Source of the DNA: the human T2T-CHM13v2.0 reference genome, Homo sapiens
Assembly (NCBI RefSeq): GCF_009914755.1
Contig: NC_060933.1
Direction: 5' to 3' (one strand)
Length of the DNA stretch: 64,000 nt
Shown: piece after piece, positions 22,501-40,565 of the stretch
Position numbering within the stretch: the stretch's first letter is position 1
Layout of the letters: each line of letters begins with the position of its first letter
The notes under the pieces: model-generated
Told to the model about the DNA's origin: nothing
Seen by the model: the letters and a program-made list of their open reading frames with translations, nothing else
Database searches by the model: none
Made by a program: the position numbers and the translations under genes

Positions 22501-25128
22501 CCTTTTTGTATTTATTGCCTTTTTCAGGAATTTCTGTAAGGAAGATCTGGTGGTAACAAATTCCCTCATCGTTTGCTTGTCTGAAAAGGATCTTGGTTCT
22601 CCTTTGTTTATGAAGCTTAGTTTGGCCAAATATGAAATTCTTGGTTGGAATTTCTTTTCTTTAAGAATGCTGAATATAGTCCCCCAATCTCTTCTGGCTT
22701 CTAGAGTTTCTTTTGAGAGATCCCCTGTTATCTCATGGACTTCCCTTTGTAGGTGACCTGTCCTTTCTCCCTAGCTGCCTTTAACACTTTTTCTTTCATT
22801 TCAACCTTGGAGAATCTGATGATTATGTGTCTTGGAGATGATCTTCTTTTGAAGTATCTTGCAGTGGTTCTCTGCATTTCCTGAATTTTAATGTTGGCCT
22901 CTCTAGCTAGGTTTAGGAAGTTCTCATGGATGATATCCTGGAATATGTTTTCCAAGTCGCTTCCATTTTCCCCATCTCTTTCAGGGATGCCAATGAGTAG
23001 TAGATTTGGTCTATTTACATCACCCCATATTTCTCCAGAGGTTTTGTTTGCTTTTTTTTATTCTTTTTTCTTCATTCTTATCTGACTGTCTTATTTCAGA
23101 AAGCCAGTCTTTAAGCTCTGCAATTATTTTCTAAGCTTGGTCTATTCTGCCATTAATACTTGTGATTGCATTATGAAATTCTTGTAGTGTGTTTTTCATC
23201 TTTATCAAGTTGGTCATCTTCTTCTCTATACTGGCTATTTTGTCTGTCAGCTCCTGTATCAGCTTTTGTGTGTGTGATTCTTATCTTCCTTAGATTGGGT
23301 TTCATTGTATTCCTGAATCTTGATGATCTTCATTCATATCCATATCCTGAATCGTATTTCTGTCATTTCAGCTATCTCAGCCTGGTTAAGAACTTTTACT
23401 TGAAAACTAGTGTGGTTGTTTGGTGGAATGAAGACACCTTGACTTTTTGAGTTGCCAGAGTTTTTGCACTGGTTCTTTCTCATCTTTGTGGACTGATGTT
23501 CCTTCAGTCTTTGAGGTTGCTGACCTTGGATGGGTTTTCTTTCATTTATCCTATTTGATGACCTTGGGGTTTGATTGTGGTTTAAGGTGAGTTCAGTCAA
23601 CTGGCTTCATTTCTGGAATATTTTAGAGGGCCAAGGCTCAGCTCAGGACTCCTGGACTGCATATTCTAACTCTGGGGGCTGGGATTAGGCCTGGCTTTGC
23701 TCTTTGGCTCCTCAAGGGGAAACTGCTGTTTTTGAGGGTCTGAGGTGCTCCCAGACCACAGGTCACAACACTCCAATAAGTGATACCAGCCAAAGCACTT
23801 CATAGGGTGGTGACAGTGGGATCCAGCCTCATTTGCATGTGCCAGCAGCAGTGGCAGTGGCAGTGTGGTGGAGTTTGTGTTCATCAGCTGTGGCAGAGTG
23901 CTAGCAGTTGCTGGGATGTTGGCCTCCATGTGGAGCAGTGGTGGCACCATGGCTTGGGGATAGAAGGCCCCTGCCAATAATTGTGTGTGTATCCACACTG
24001 GTGGTGGTGTTAGCATGGCAGTAGGGCACTGGTGGACACAGGACTGTATTGCCCTCTGTGCACATTCACACAGGTGGCAGTGCCACTCAGGGCAGGGGTG
24101 AGTTTGCTGTTCTCCATGTCCAATTTTGCACTGGCAGCAGTGTTGGCACAGGGGCAGGGTGCTGGTGGAGGGAAGGCTCATAGGCTCCATGCCCACCAAT
24201 CTCCAGTGACAATAGCAATGTTGCAGTGGGGAGGTGGGAGTGGGCAGAGTGCATTAATGCCAACAGCAGTGGCATGGCCAGGTTTATGTGCACAGGTGCA
24301 GTGGTGGGGAAGGGAAGGCAAGGTCTGCCCACACACACACAAACCGGCAAAGCAATGTTTGGGTTGGCCATGGGCTACTGCCTGCAGGCAAAGCAACACA
24401 GGAGAGGCTACAGTTGAGGGAGTTTGCAGATGGTGTGTATTCACAGGGATCACTCTGCTAGAGCACTCTGCCAGTTAATTGTAGTCCACCAGCACAGGAC
24501 CTATGGTTCAATCCCCCAGGAGGTACCTGGGGCCTGCACTGCAAGCAGGCATGGCCAGGATGGGCCCCAGGGAAGGCTAGCAGAACCATGGGGTTCTCAG
24601 CTCAGACCAGCCTAGTCTGATGGGCAAGACTGCCCTGCAGAGTTAAGGTCCCACAGATCTCACAGGGCTGAAGTTTCCTATGGGAGCAAGCTGAGCCTCG
24701 GGGGATGGGTATCCCTGGTGATGCTCCACTACAGAATTTCCCACACCAAACCCTCTGGGCTCTGCACAGTCTGGGGTTCTGCCACTAATACGTCTCCAAG
24801 CTGCTCTCCCTGCCAACTCAAGTGTCCACGGTGCTCAAGGGGTCTCCTCCTGCTGCAATTCCAGAGGCCCATGGTGAGAGCAATTTGCCTATTAAACTCA
24901 CCCCTTTCGCAAGAGTCACTGGAAGCCAGGAAGGAGTCCTGGTGTGCAGTAGCCCCATGCAGGGTTCCCAGCTTCCTCCCCCTTCAGCCCAGCACCTGTG
25001 TCTTCCCTCCATCCACTCTCAATACCTTCTCTCTGAAGATCTGCTAGAAGCATGCCAGTCTTCCCAATGTCCCAGACCCTCAGTGGGAGATGTTCCTCCT
25101 GGCTGCGTCTAGTCAGCCATCTTGGAGC
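19534..25128 (-). mobile_element. Old primate L1 (L1PA13-16-like) retaining both ends, with an internal ORF2 deletion; ORFs decayed
   Basis: 3' UTR at 19534. ORF2 endonuclease/RT remnants ([34 protein letters not shown]). ORF1 remnant (NLAREANIKIQEMQRT...PRHIIIRF). GC-rich 5' UTR 23600-25128 starting CCAAGATGGCTGACTAGACGCAGCC (YY1 motif). Confidence 0.92.
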
Positions 25129-26168
25129 AGCTCTGCATTCACCATTTCTGTTCATATCCCATTGCCAGAATCTAGTCACAAGGCTGCACTTAATGATAAA
25201 GGATGTGGGAAATGCAATCTTTAACTGGGTGGCTCTATGCCTACTTAAAACTTAGAGGTTCCATGACCAAAGGAAACAGAAGAGGGTGAACACTGGTCTA
25301 TAACAAGCAATCGGTCACATCTACTTTTCACACAGTGCTGTGCATATGCAGATATGAGTAAGGATGGGGGTTATTAAGCACTTGTATTTCACCAATGCAC
25401 AGCTCTGACTTCTTTCTAGTTCCTATCTTGGGACCCCGGCAGGCGTTATTTCTCTGGGAACTCTTTTGCCATTTCTGCTTTGTTGGTGGTCTCCTGCAGT
25501 GCCACTGCCTCTGTGAGGTCAGCTTCATGATGGGCTCATGAGATGATGCTTACAGTCATTCCATGATCCACACTAGCAAGTTCACCAGCTAATCAGTGAC
25601 TCTTAGTTTTGCATCTTTCAATGTGTATCACTGCAGGACTGTCTTTCATCAAGTTCTTAATTCTATTTATCTTTTTTTTTTACTCAAGCAAAACATAATA
25701 AAAGAGCAAAGCCATTTACTGTTAAATGATAGAAAGCTACCTTGTGCCATCAATCAGACTTAGATCCTGTTTCTTTGGCCAGGAGCCAAGGCATAACAAT
25801 TATAGTTTATTTTTTAAAGTCATCGTTATAAGGTGCATCTGTTGCCCATGATATCCAGTGATAAGGCACTCATAAATCTTGAAAGGCATTGGGGAGGCAA
25901 ACTCAGCATGTGCCTTCTCATAACTGATGTGAAGGTAATTACTTTCAGTGAGATGTGTTTGTGAGCCTGTGAGCTCAAGAGATTATCTTTCTTCTGAAAC
26001 CAAGAAGAATGGCAACACTTGATTCTAGAGTTCCTTTTATAACGAATGAAGCATAGCTGATGAGAATGTATTCAGACGTAAAAAAAGCCATGATAAGCAA
26101 ACCATGACATCCTAATGGTCCAAAATGCCTATTTAAAACACTTGGCACTGACATCTTTCTACCTGTAA

Positions 26169-26583
<415 letters not shown>

Positions 26584-27699
26584 CTAAATTGGTAAAGTAT
26601 TTTACCAAAGATTAGGAACATGGGTGTTTCGTTTTGCTAAAATCTATCCAAGATTAATTATTTCCCTCTCATGCCATCTTAAAGAACCAGAAAAAATTGG
26701 AAATGGCAACAAGCCTTCTCCTTCTCGCTGTCTTAAATCCACCCATTAGATGATTTGAGCACTCCATCTTCACTGGCAAGCATTTAGAAATGAATAGTAT
26801 TATTGCAGCCTTCCATGCTGCAGCAAGAGTAACAGGAGACAAGCTAAAGCAGTGAAGCAACCATCATAGTCAGGGACTATAGCTCTGCTCGCTGTCTACC
26901 AGCAGAACCCCAGCATCTGATGGTCCCTTTCTTGTCTCCATTCAGAAGAAAGAGAGCAGCAGGTCACAAGTGCAGACATGCAGGCAAGGTAGGACAGTAT
27001 GAAGCTAATAATCACTGTAGCTCATCTCTACTGATACGTGTCTTTTTGACTTAGGTAATAAATTATCCAGTTTAAGTGATAAGTGGTTGGGATTGCTAAT
27101 CGATAATTTTTTTGTTTTTTCAGCTGACACATGGGTGGAAAATGATGATAAATAAACCCCCAGGGTTCGAGGGGAACAGCCAATCATTATTAAAGCTTGG
27201 ACCTAATCTCAGATGCTAGGCCACAAATCTGAAGCGAATACCAACAGCAGAGTTATTATGGTCAAAGAAATATTTTTATCTCCAGCATTCAAGGCGCTCT
27301 TAGGACTGGTGAATTTTGTTTGCTGAAAGACCTCTTCCCACCAAAAGCAGTCGCCAAACTGAAACTCACAAAAATAGTCTTGCACATGCCACACCAGTAT
27401 CAGAGGCAACGTCTTCCTTTACATACTCAGGATCATAAATGGCATTTATAAAAACATATATGAATGTAAGAAAACATACATGTTATGAATATCCCTGTTA
27501 ACAAAGGTAGCTCAGTGGATCGGAAAACATTGGTTCCATTTTCACAGAATCCAGATAACGTCACACAAAATGTTCAATGGCCCATCTCTTCATCATCTTT
27601 TTGCTTTATAATGTGTTTTAGTTTGGTTTAATTCTGCTTGACAATGAGGATTCATTCTCATTCTCATCTGTGCACTTGTGCCTGTCATACAGTCTAGAG

Positions 27700-28125
27700 A
27701 GCCAGTGCCTGCCTTTCCCAGAGTTCCCTTCCTCTAGGGTTCTCAGTGCAACCTGACATCTCTCGATGTCAACGAGATAGACTTGCCTGAGATGTAAAAG
27801 CACACACAACACTATTCTCCCTCCTCCCACAGCAAGGAACAGAATTGCTGTCTTCAGCAGCCTCTGGGTATTGCCTGTGTCGCCTGTCTCCGCAGTTCTG
27901 ATGCAAGGTAGCTGGAGTCCACTGTGATTCCCTGCAATATTCTCTCCTGGGCAGCAGCAGCAGCTTCTTGGACCACAGTAACAGTGGCCACCCTGAACAA
28001 GAGTGGCAGCCTTCCCTAGCTTTCCCACTCCAGTCCTATCAATAAACACATAACCACAAATATAATCCCTTTCTGCTTGAAATATTTAGAATGCTTTCTA
28101 TTTTCTGGGCAAACCTGACTAGTAT
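27700..28125 (+). mobile_element. Ancient ERVL LTR (LTR16/LTR33-like) remnant
   Basis: 3' terminus tccctttctgcttgaaatatttagaatgctttctattttctg...cctgactagta. Boundaries approximate. Confidence 0.45.
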
Positions 28126-28496
28126 ATGATATACCGTCTACTCCCATGACTCAGAAAATGAGCAAGAGAACATTAATGTTTTGTTTTTTAAATCCTCATT
28201 TTTAAAAAAGCACAAAGTTAATACCCACTGAAGATGAGTTAATACACACAGTGTTCTTTACACAGAATAATACATGTGCTTTGAATCATCCACTAAAGTT
28301 CACATTTTTAAGATGTGAAACCTTGCAATATATATAACACAAATCAGAATCACTGCTGCCCTATTTTAACTCTATTCGTAACATTTATTTTGTGCTTTTT
28401 AAACTTCTGACATTTAAAATGTAGTTAATACCGTAAACCCACATGAGTGAGAAAGGAGATTGGGGTTTCCTCATCTGAAAACTTAGTACTTCAGCT

Positions 28497-28966
<470 letters not shown>

Positions 28967-29175
28967 ACACCAGGGCATCTGCAAAGGACCTTGCCTACCT
29001 GGAGACCAGAGGACTTGGACTAAGTGATATCCGCTCCTACCTATCACGTCTACAGTTTTATGGCATATTACTAGCTGCTCTCTTCTAAGGCTACGTAAGA
29101 TGAAGGGAATAATGAGCATGTTTGCAACTGAGCCAATGTATTGCCAGCTCTAGAAGAAGAGTATCGAGTGAAAAC

Positions 29176-29470
29176 TTTTTTTTTTTTTAAGACGGAGTCT
29201 CGCTCTGTCGCCAGGCTGGAGTGCAGTGGCGTAATCTCAGCTTACTGCAACCTCTGCCTCCTGGGTTCAAGCAATTCTTCTGCCTCAGCCTCCAGAGTAG
29301 CTGGGATTACAGGCCCACGTCACCACCCCCCACTAATTTTTGTATTTTTAATAGAGATGAGGTTTTGTCATATTGGCCAGGCTGGTCTCGAATTCCTGAC
29401 CTTAAGTGATCTGCCCCCGTCAGCCTCCCAAAATGTTGGGATTACAGGTGTGAGCCACTGCGCCAGGCCA
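29176..29470 (-). mobile_element. AluS
   Basis: Full antisense Alu; [17 protein letters not shown]-like. Confidence 0.95.
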
Positions 29471-30269
29471 ACTTTTTTTTTTTTAACGCCAAAGAAAATA
29501 TATGCAGGCAACCAAAAACATTGGACTAGAGTTAATGTTAAGCTTAGGATGTCTGCCTTCTGGAAGACTCGCCAGTTAATAATATGCTGTTAGAGAGCCT
29601 TAAAATGAGCCTTTTCAAGAGGTTTGGCATAGTTATGATATGAGCCAACTTAGAAATTGTTTAAGACAAAAGGTCATCAAGTGGGACTATCAGAACTGAA
29701 TTTACAACAGAATTAACTTTTTTTCACTGAGGTTACCTCCGGTTATCCCCCAAAAATGTGACTTTATAAATACATGTGGGTGTTCTAGCTCTGAAGATTA
29801 TTACTAGACAGCTCTGTTTTGTATTATTAATCTTTTGTTAACTCTAAAACTTACCTGTTTGTTACTCAACAGACAAAATAAATATACACTGCCAATGGGG
29901 TAGTTTGTAGTGACCCAAAAGGATTTATTGATCTCTGATATGTTTGTTCTATAAGTGTTTCAAGTTTATATACTGATGGTATACAGCATACTAACTTCAT
30001 TTTAAAGACCAGAAAATATGTTCAGACTGTAGGTAAAATTTTCCATAAAATTGTACCTTTAAAGACATTGATAAGTAAGCATTGGTAAAATTACAGGTAA
30101 GTGAAATTAAAATTATGAACCTACTGAGGCACTGCTTGTGTTTTTATCTGTCATCCTAAAGTACGTAAAAAATCACCCTCCAAAAATCCAATAAACATTT
30201 AAGTATAATTATTGAAACAAAAGTTTTCTTTTTGTTTAACTAGAAAGTAATAGGGGCACACTGAATCAA

Positions 30270-31680
<1,411 letters not shown>

Positions 31681-32921
31681 ATATTGTATCAGTCATGATT
31701 CAACTGAGAAACAGAACCAATAAAAGATTTTATGTTTGTGAATATAGGTGTGGAAAAATTTTTATGATATTTGCTATAGGGCCATGATGTTGTTATAACT
31801 GTGGGAGCTGCTTAAAGCAATCTCTGCAGGATGTTGTCTTCATGTCTGATGCTGGAGTTTGAAGTCCACAGCACAGACAGGAAGGAGACATGGATGTAGA
31901 GGGTAAGACATCAAAGACAAGCTGTATCCCACAGGCAGGAGCCCCAGAAGATGTACTGAAATCCATCAGTTCTTGTTGTTTGTATCTTGATGCTGTCATG
32001 GAGCTAAGTACACAAACTTGGCCTAGACGTCAGAGACGCTGAAAGAGTATTCAGGGAAGGTGGAGCTGTTTCAAAGCCAGCCACTGCTCTTAGCCGATGG
32101 TATGTGTCAACAGTCAGCAACAGCATGCGTAACCTACAAGACCAAGAATAGATTAACATTACCAGGGAATAGCAACCTTCTGACGGCCTTCAGAGTCATA
32201 ATAAACTTCCCAAATGCAGGCTTCTTATTTCATTTCTGGTACTGAAGACAGTGCCTAACTTGTAGATAATACTCAGTGACTTGGACACCCTAAAATACAT
32301 CACATCCTGCATCTAACTAAGTGGTTTTCCATACATCATCTAACTTGTGAGGTAGCCAGTGCAGGTGCACCCATGCTGCTCTTATACAGGAAAGAATGAA
32401 CAACTCTGAGCAGTTCAGTGATATGTCCAGGACCAGGCAGGCAAGGGGCAGAGCCAAGGCCAGAGTGCAGAACTCATATCTGCTGACTGTTAGGCAAGCA
32501 GGGTGATTCTCAAACTCTGTGTACAACAGAATTATCTACAGATCCATCATTTAATTTAATCAAAACCCACATTTCATGGATTTACCCAAGAATTACTGAG
32601 TTCAAATCTCTGGAGGTGGAGGCCATGTAATTGTGATATACACCAAAGTTGAGGACCCCTGTGGCAAGACTTTCAGATAAATTGGAAAGATGACTTGGGG
32701 CCACATAGTGGACGACTTGGTCTCTGAGATGGTGGCTTTCAGATGTTGGCACATAAGAATGACCTGGGGCCCTCCCACAGTCACCACACTCTGGTTTTCC
32801 GGGACAAGCCAGAAATCTGTATCCTAAGAAAAGTATACCATGTACCACACTCAGTAAACACAGCTCTAAGGAGTTTCTTCCCTTTGGGAAACAGAGGGTT
32901 GCTGAATATTTCTTGAGCAAA

Positions 32922-33298
<377 letters not shown>

Positions 33299-33727
33299 TA
33301 AATGCTTCTAGACATTTTAGTTCTCTCTTAATCTTCATTTGTTTAACCATCAACCAGGTGGGGACACTTTTCATTTTTTTACTGAGGATATAGTCTAGTA
33401 ATCCAATGGGGAAAAGGGTTCCTCCATAAAAATTATCTTTGTCTCCCTTTGGAGAAAGAGCAAACATTATTATTTTTTAATGCTTTGTTTAAAGTGAATT
33501 CAATAATAGTCTTTGTGAAGTCACAGAAAGTACCTTAGAGGCCTCAAAACATTTTGATGATTTCTAAATGTTTTGTTTCTCTCTCTACAGAGAAATCAGA
33601 TGTTTATACTCACAAAAAACAATCCTATTGTATTGTTTTTGTCCTTGGAGTATTTTTCCTTGGAGAGGACACATGTACACTGTATGGGGAAAGCCTCAGA
33701 GGGTACCATCTTGCTTTCTCAAGTTCA

Positions 33728-34000
33728 TTTTTTTTTTTTTTTTTGAGTGCAGTGGTGCGATCTTGGCTCACTGCAACCTCCACCTCCCTGGTTCAAGCAA
33801 TTCTCCTGCCTCAACTTCCTGAGTAGCTGGGATTACAGGCACCCACCACGATGGCTGGCTAATTTTTTTTTTTGTATTTTTAGTAGAGACGGGGTTTCAC
33901 CATGTTGGCCAGACTGGTCTCAAACACCTGACTTCAGGCCATCTGCCCACCTCGGCCTCCCAAGTACTGGGATTACAGGCATGAGCCACCGTGCCCAGCC
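33728..34000 (-). mobile_element. AluS lacking ~30 bp at the 3' end of the body
   Basis: Poly(T) joined directly to gagtgcagtgg. Confidence 0.9.
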
Positions 34001-35195
34001 TCTGAAGTTCACTTTCTGAGATTCCTAAGGAATTAATAAAATAAAACCCTGGAAAATAGCCTATGTGTGCCTGAGTGTAAGAAGGAACGCACATGCATGT
34101 GCATATGGAGACACAGAATTCCACCAACCCTGCCCTGTCACTCGGTGGGCTCTTGTCACTGTCACACACGTTCAAGAGCTAAGCATGATGCATTCAACGA
34201 GAATATGATTAGTCTCGTGCATAAGTCTACAACAATAATGAGCAGCAGACAGAATGACAGTAATAGCAGTTCTTAATTCTCCCATTTATAAGAAAGAAGA
34301 TTGACTAATGAAGCTGTCTGCCAGTGGCTGCATTGTCTGAATTACTATTAGTTTAGAGGGAATTATGTTAAAAATTTTAATAACATGCAGTATAATAATA
34401 ACAAAGGTTATTCATCACCAAACAAGCATTTTCAGTGCCAATGAAAGGCCCCTCCACAGCGGCTGCACTGGTGAATCCAAGCAGCCTTTTTCTGTGTGAT
34501 TGCTCTGCACGGGGTCTTTGGCAACAATGAAGAAACTGGTTAGAGAGAACTAAGTTTGTAGACTCACATTTTTCAAATATAGTAATGTAAATATATTTTC
34601 CAATCACATTCCATAAGAGATGATTCATGAAATCAGACAAAAGTAAATTATCACAGGCAAGAGTAGAGCTTCCTTCCTCAGATTGGTGTTACCATAAAAC
34701 ATCTTTGGAGCCTTCTCTAAACGATACCAGCTTTTAGCTCATAATTTATGCTCTTCTCTGGAGTTTTTCTCTAGAGTGGAAGCCACAAATTTCTTTACTT
34801 GTGATTTAAGATATAGTTTCTCAATTAAATGGCAAGCTTCTACTGCCACCAAAAGAAATGGTAATTCAATCTACCTTAAACACTCTCATTTCTAAAAATG
34901 CTCTAAAAGCTTTGGGTAAGATTAGCACAGTTCCTGAGGCAAAAGCTTAACTTTGTTTCATACCTGTTTAAAAACTGGTAAAAAGTCGTATAGATATACT
35001 CTACAAGAAAAGTATTATGAAGAGACCCAGTGAGGAATGCTCAACAATGGAGTTAAAGGGGAAGATGTGTAGTTGTTTAACCCTCTATCTAAGATGTGGT
35101 CTGTAGCATGTTTGGGCTTATGCTGTTTGGTTGCAAACTCAGGCGTTGAAGAAAGAGGCTGTAATTTATTAAAGCCCGATAACCCCAACCCATGA

Positions 35196-35612
35196 TGTAT
35201 TGGTTTCCTGGGGCTTCACTAACAAAGTACCACAAAATGGGTGGCTTAATAACAAAACTGTATTTCCTCACAATGCTGGATACCAGAAGTTCAAAGTGCC
35301 GGAGGGCTGGTTCCTTCTGAAGGCTTTGAGGGAGAATCCACTCCATGCCTCTCCCCCAGCCTTTGGCATTGTTTGGCTTGTAGATGGTTTTTCCTCTATC
35401 TCTTCACATTGTATTCCCTCTATATATGTCTGTCTCTGGGCCCAGATTTCCCCTTCTTATGAGGACACAGTCATATTGGATTAGAGATCGCTCTGATGAC
35501 CTCATCTTAACTTGATCATCTGCACAGATCCTATTTCCGAAGAAAGTCATATTTACACATCATGAGGGTTAGGACTTCAAACACTTTGGAGGGCAAAATT
35601 CAACACATAACA
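35196..35612 (-). mobile_element. MaLR LTR (MLT1B/C-like)
   Basis: tgtattggtttcctgggg...aacaaagtaccacaaaatggg...caacacataaca. Confidence 0.8.
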
Positions 35613-37544
35613 TATGCTGATGATCTTGTAGTTTACAGATGATGCTGTAACCTTCTGTTTATTTTTTTATTGAAAAACACATGACAAAGTTTATCGTCTT
35701 AATGATTTTTAAATGTATAGTACAGTAGTCTTAACTACTAATGTATGTTGTTGTGCAGTTACTCTCCAGAACCTTTTCATCTCTTGTAAAACTGAAACTA
35801 TGTACCTACGAAACAACCCCCTTTTCCCTCTCCACCCAGCAATCACCGATCCACTTTTTGTTTCTAAAAGTTTGACTGATTTAGATACCTCATAGAGGTG
35901 GAATCATGCAGTATTTGCCTTTTTTGTGACTGGTTTATTTCACTTAGCATAATGTCTGTCCTCAAGGTTTGTTCATTCATGTTGTCATGTGTTTAAGAAT
36001 TTCTTTCTTTTTTAAGATTAAATAATTTTCCATTGTATGTTTATACCACATTTTCTTAATCAATGGGCATTTAGGTTCCTTCCACCTTTTGGCTACTGGG
36101 AATAATGCTGCAATGAATATGGGTGAGCAAATACCTCTTTCAGATAATATTTTCAATTCTTTAAAATGTATACTCAGAAGTGAACTGCTGAAAGTTATGA
36201 AAATTCTCCATCATACTGCTTCCCATAGTGACCACACCATGTTACATTCCTGTTAACAGTACAAAAGGGTTCCAATTTCTTCACAACCTTGTCAATAGTT
36301 GTTATTTTCTATTTTCCTGATGGTAGCCATCCTAACAGGTGTGAGGTGATATCTCATTGCAGTATTCACCTGCACTTCCAGAATGGTTAGTAATGCTGAA
36401 CATCTTTTCATATGGTTGTTGGCTCTTTGTATGTCTTTTTTGAGAAATGTTTATTCAAGTTCTTTGCCCATTGTTTAATTGGGTTGCTTCTTTGTTTGTT
36501 GTTGAATTGTAGGAGTTCTTTATATATTCTGGCTATTAACCCCTTAACAGATGTATGGTTTGCGAACATTTTATCTCATTCCATAGGTTACCTTTTCACT
36601 ATGTTGATTGTTTCCTTTGACATGCAGAACATTTTTAAGTTTGATATGGTCCAATTTGTCTATTTTTGCTTTTGTTGCCTGTGCTTTTGGTATAATTACC
36701 ATAAAATCATATCCAAGTTCAATGCCATAAAGTTTTTCCCCTGTGTTTTCTCTTAGAAGGTTTGTATTTTCGGGTCTTACATTTAGGTCTTTACAGGACT
36801 TCCCACACTATGTTGAATAGAAGTGGCAAGAATGGGCATCATATGACAAATATCTGCCCAATCCCTGCAGCCCCCATCCCTGGCAACCACCATTCTATTC
36901 TCTATCTCTATGAGTTTGACATTTTTAAGTTCCAGATATAAGTGAGATCATGTGGTGTTTGTCTTTCTGTGTCTGGCTTATTTCACTTAGTATAATGTAC
37001 TCCAGATTATCCCAGATGACAGGATTTCCTGACTGGACAGAATTTGCTTCTTTTTTCAAGACTAAATTACTATTCCCATTGTGTATATATGTTACATTTG
37101 CTTTATTCTGTCATTTGTTGATGGACACTTAGGTTGATTCCAGACCGTGGCTATTGTGAATAACATGCTGCACTGAACATGGGTGTGCACATACCTTTTT
37201 GAGATCCTGATTTCAGTTCCTTTGGCTATATACCAAAAAGTGGGACTGCTGAATTATATGGTATTTCTATTTTTAATTTTTTGAGAATTCTTCATACTGG
37301 TCTCCATAATTTCTGTACTAAAATTCTCACCAATGTAACAGAATTCTTTTTTTCCGCATCCTCACCAACACTTACCTTTTATCTTTTTGAAAATAGCCAT
37401 TCTAACTGATGTGAGGTGATATCTCAATGTAGTTTTAATTTGCATTTCATTAATGGTTAGGGTGATGTTGAGGATTTTTTCAAATACCTGTAGGCCATTT
37501 ATATGTCTTTTTTTGAGAAATGTCTGTTTAGGTCTTTGCTCCTA

Positions 37545-37890
<346 letters not shown>

Positions 37891-39030
37891 AGTCCTTTGC
37901 TCCTATTTTTTAATTGGGTTATTTGTTTTCTGGCTATTAAATTGTGTGCTTTTTATATACTCTGTTTATTAACCTCTTATCTTCATGGTTTGCAAATATT
38001 TTCTCCCATTCTATAGGGTGCCTCTTCTCTCTCTGATTGTTTCTTTCACTGTGCAGAAGCATTTTATTTTGATGTTATCCCATTTTTTTTCAGTTAAACA
38101 GGAGATATATTGTACAACATGGTGAGTATAGTTAATAACAATGTATTGTATACTTGAAAATTGCTAAGAAAGTAAATTTTAAGTGTTCTCATCACCAAAA
38201 ATAAGTTTTTGAGGTAATGCACATGTTAATTAGTTTGATTTAGCCATTCCACAATCAGTATATTTTTCAAAACATTGTGTTGTACACCATGAATATATAT
38301 AATTTTTGTCAATTGAAAAATAAATAATCTTTTTAAAAAATAAAAATCTATAAAATTTTTTAAACAGTGGGCATTCTTGCCTGGCTCCTGATCTTAGAAG
38401 GGAAAGAATTCAGTTTTTCACTACTGAATATAATATTAGCTGTAGGCTTGTCATATATGGCCTTTACTATGTTAAAATAATTTCTTTCTCTTTCTAGTTT
38501 GTTGAGTGTTTTATGATGCAAGTGTGTTTAATTATGTTAAATTCTTTTTCTGTACCAATTGAGATGATCATATATTTTTTGTCCTTAATGTTGTTAATGT
38601 GATATCTTACATTAATTGATTTTCATATGCAAATTATCCTTGCATTCCAGAAATAAATCCCATTTGGCCATCACATATTATCCTTTTAACATATAGTTGA
38701 ATTTGGCTTGCTAGTATTTTTTTAAGTATTTTTCCATTAATACTCATCAGAGATATTGGCTTGTAGTTTTCTTTCCTTGTATCTTTCTCTGATTTTGATA
38801 TCAGGATAATGTTGGCCTCATAAAACGAATCAGAAATATTCCCTTCCTTTCAACTTTTTGGAAGAATTTGAGAAAGATTAAAAATTCTTTAAATATTTGG
38901 TAAAATTCTCCAGTGAAGCTATCAGGCCCTGGTATTTTCTTTATTGAAAGATTTTTGAATACTGCTTCATTCTCCTTATTTGTTACAGGTCTGGTCAGAT
39001 TGTCAGTCTTGACAGGCTGTATTCTTCTAG

Positions 39031-39392
<362 letters not shown>

Positions 39393-39646
39393 CAAGTGTT
39401 CATAGTAATTTCTTATGATTCTTTTTATTTCTGTAGTATCAGTTGTAATGTTTTCCCTTTCATTTCTGATCTTTGTTATTTGTGTTTTCTCTCTTTTTTC
39501 TTAGTCTAGCTAAGGGTTTGTCAATTTTGTGGATTTTTAAAAAAACGCATTTAAAAGTTTTTTTCTATTATTTTTCCGTTCTCTATTTTATATTTTATTT
39601 AGTTCTGCCCTAATTTTTATTATGTTCATTCTTCTGCTAGCTTTAG

Positions 39647-39958
<312 letters not shown>

Positions 39959-40188
39959 AATTTTTTTCTTTTTTATAGGTCCTTGAGGTGTAAAGCTAGG
40001 TTGTTAACTGGAGATCTTTCTTCTTTAATGTAAGCATCTGTCGTTATAAACTTTCCTCTTAGTACTGCTTTTGTTGCATCCCATAAGTTTTGATATGTTG
40101 TGCATTTATTTTCATTATCCTCAGGATAATTTTATAATTTCCCTTGTGACTTCTCCTTTGACTTCAGTTGTTTAAGAGTGTGTTGTTT

Positions 40189-40565
<377 letters not shown>

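Noticed and set aside
20809-23600. L1 ORF1/ORF2-like peptides as functional CDS
   Set aside because: Fragmented by stops, frameshifts and a deletion; a dead element.
23666-24478. Long overlapping ORFs (177 aa, 148 aa)
   Set aside because: They lie in the GC-rich L1 5' UTR; compositional artefacts with no domain-like features.
27618-28049. 143-aa minus-strand ORF
   Set aside because: Overlaps a probable ancient LTR remnant; no splice or family support.
29141-29593. 150-aa ORF and the many similar '[14 protein letters not shown]' / '[12 protein letters not shown]' ORFs
   Set aside because: Translations of Alu sequence.
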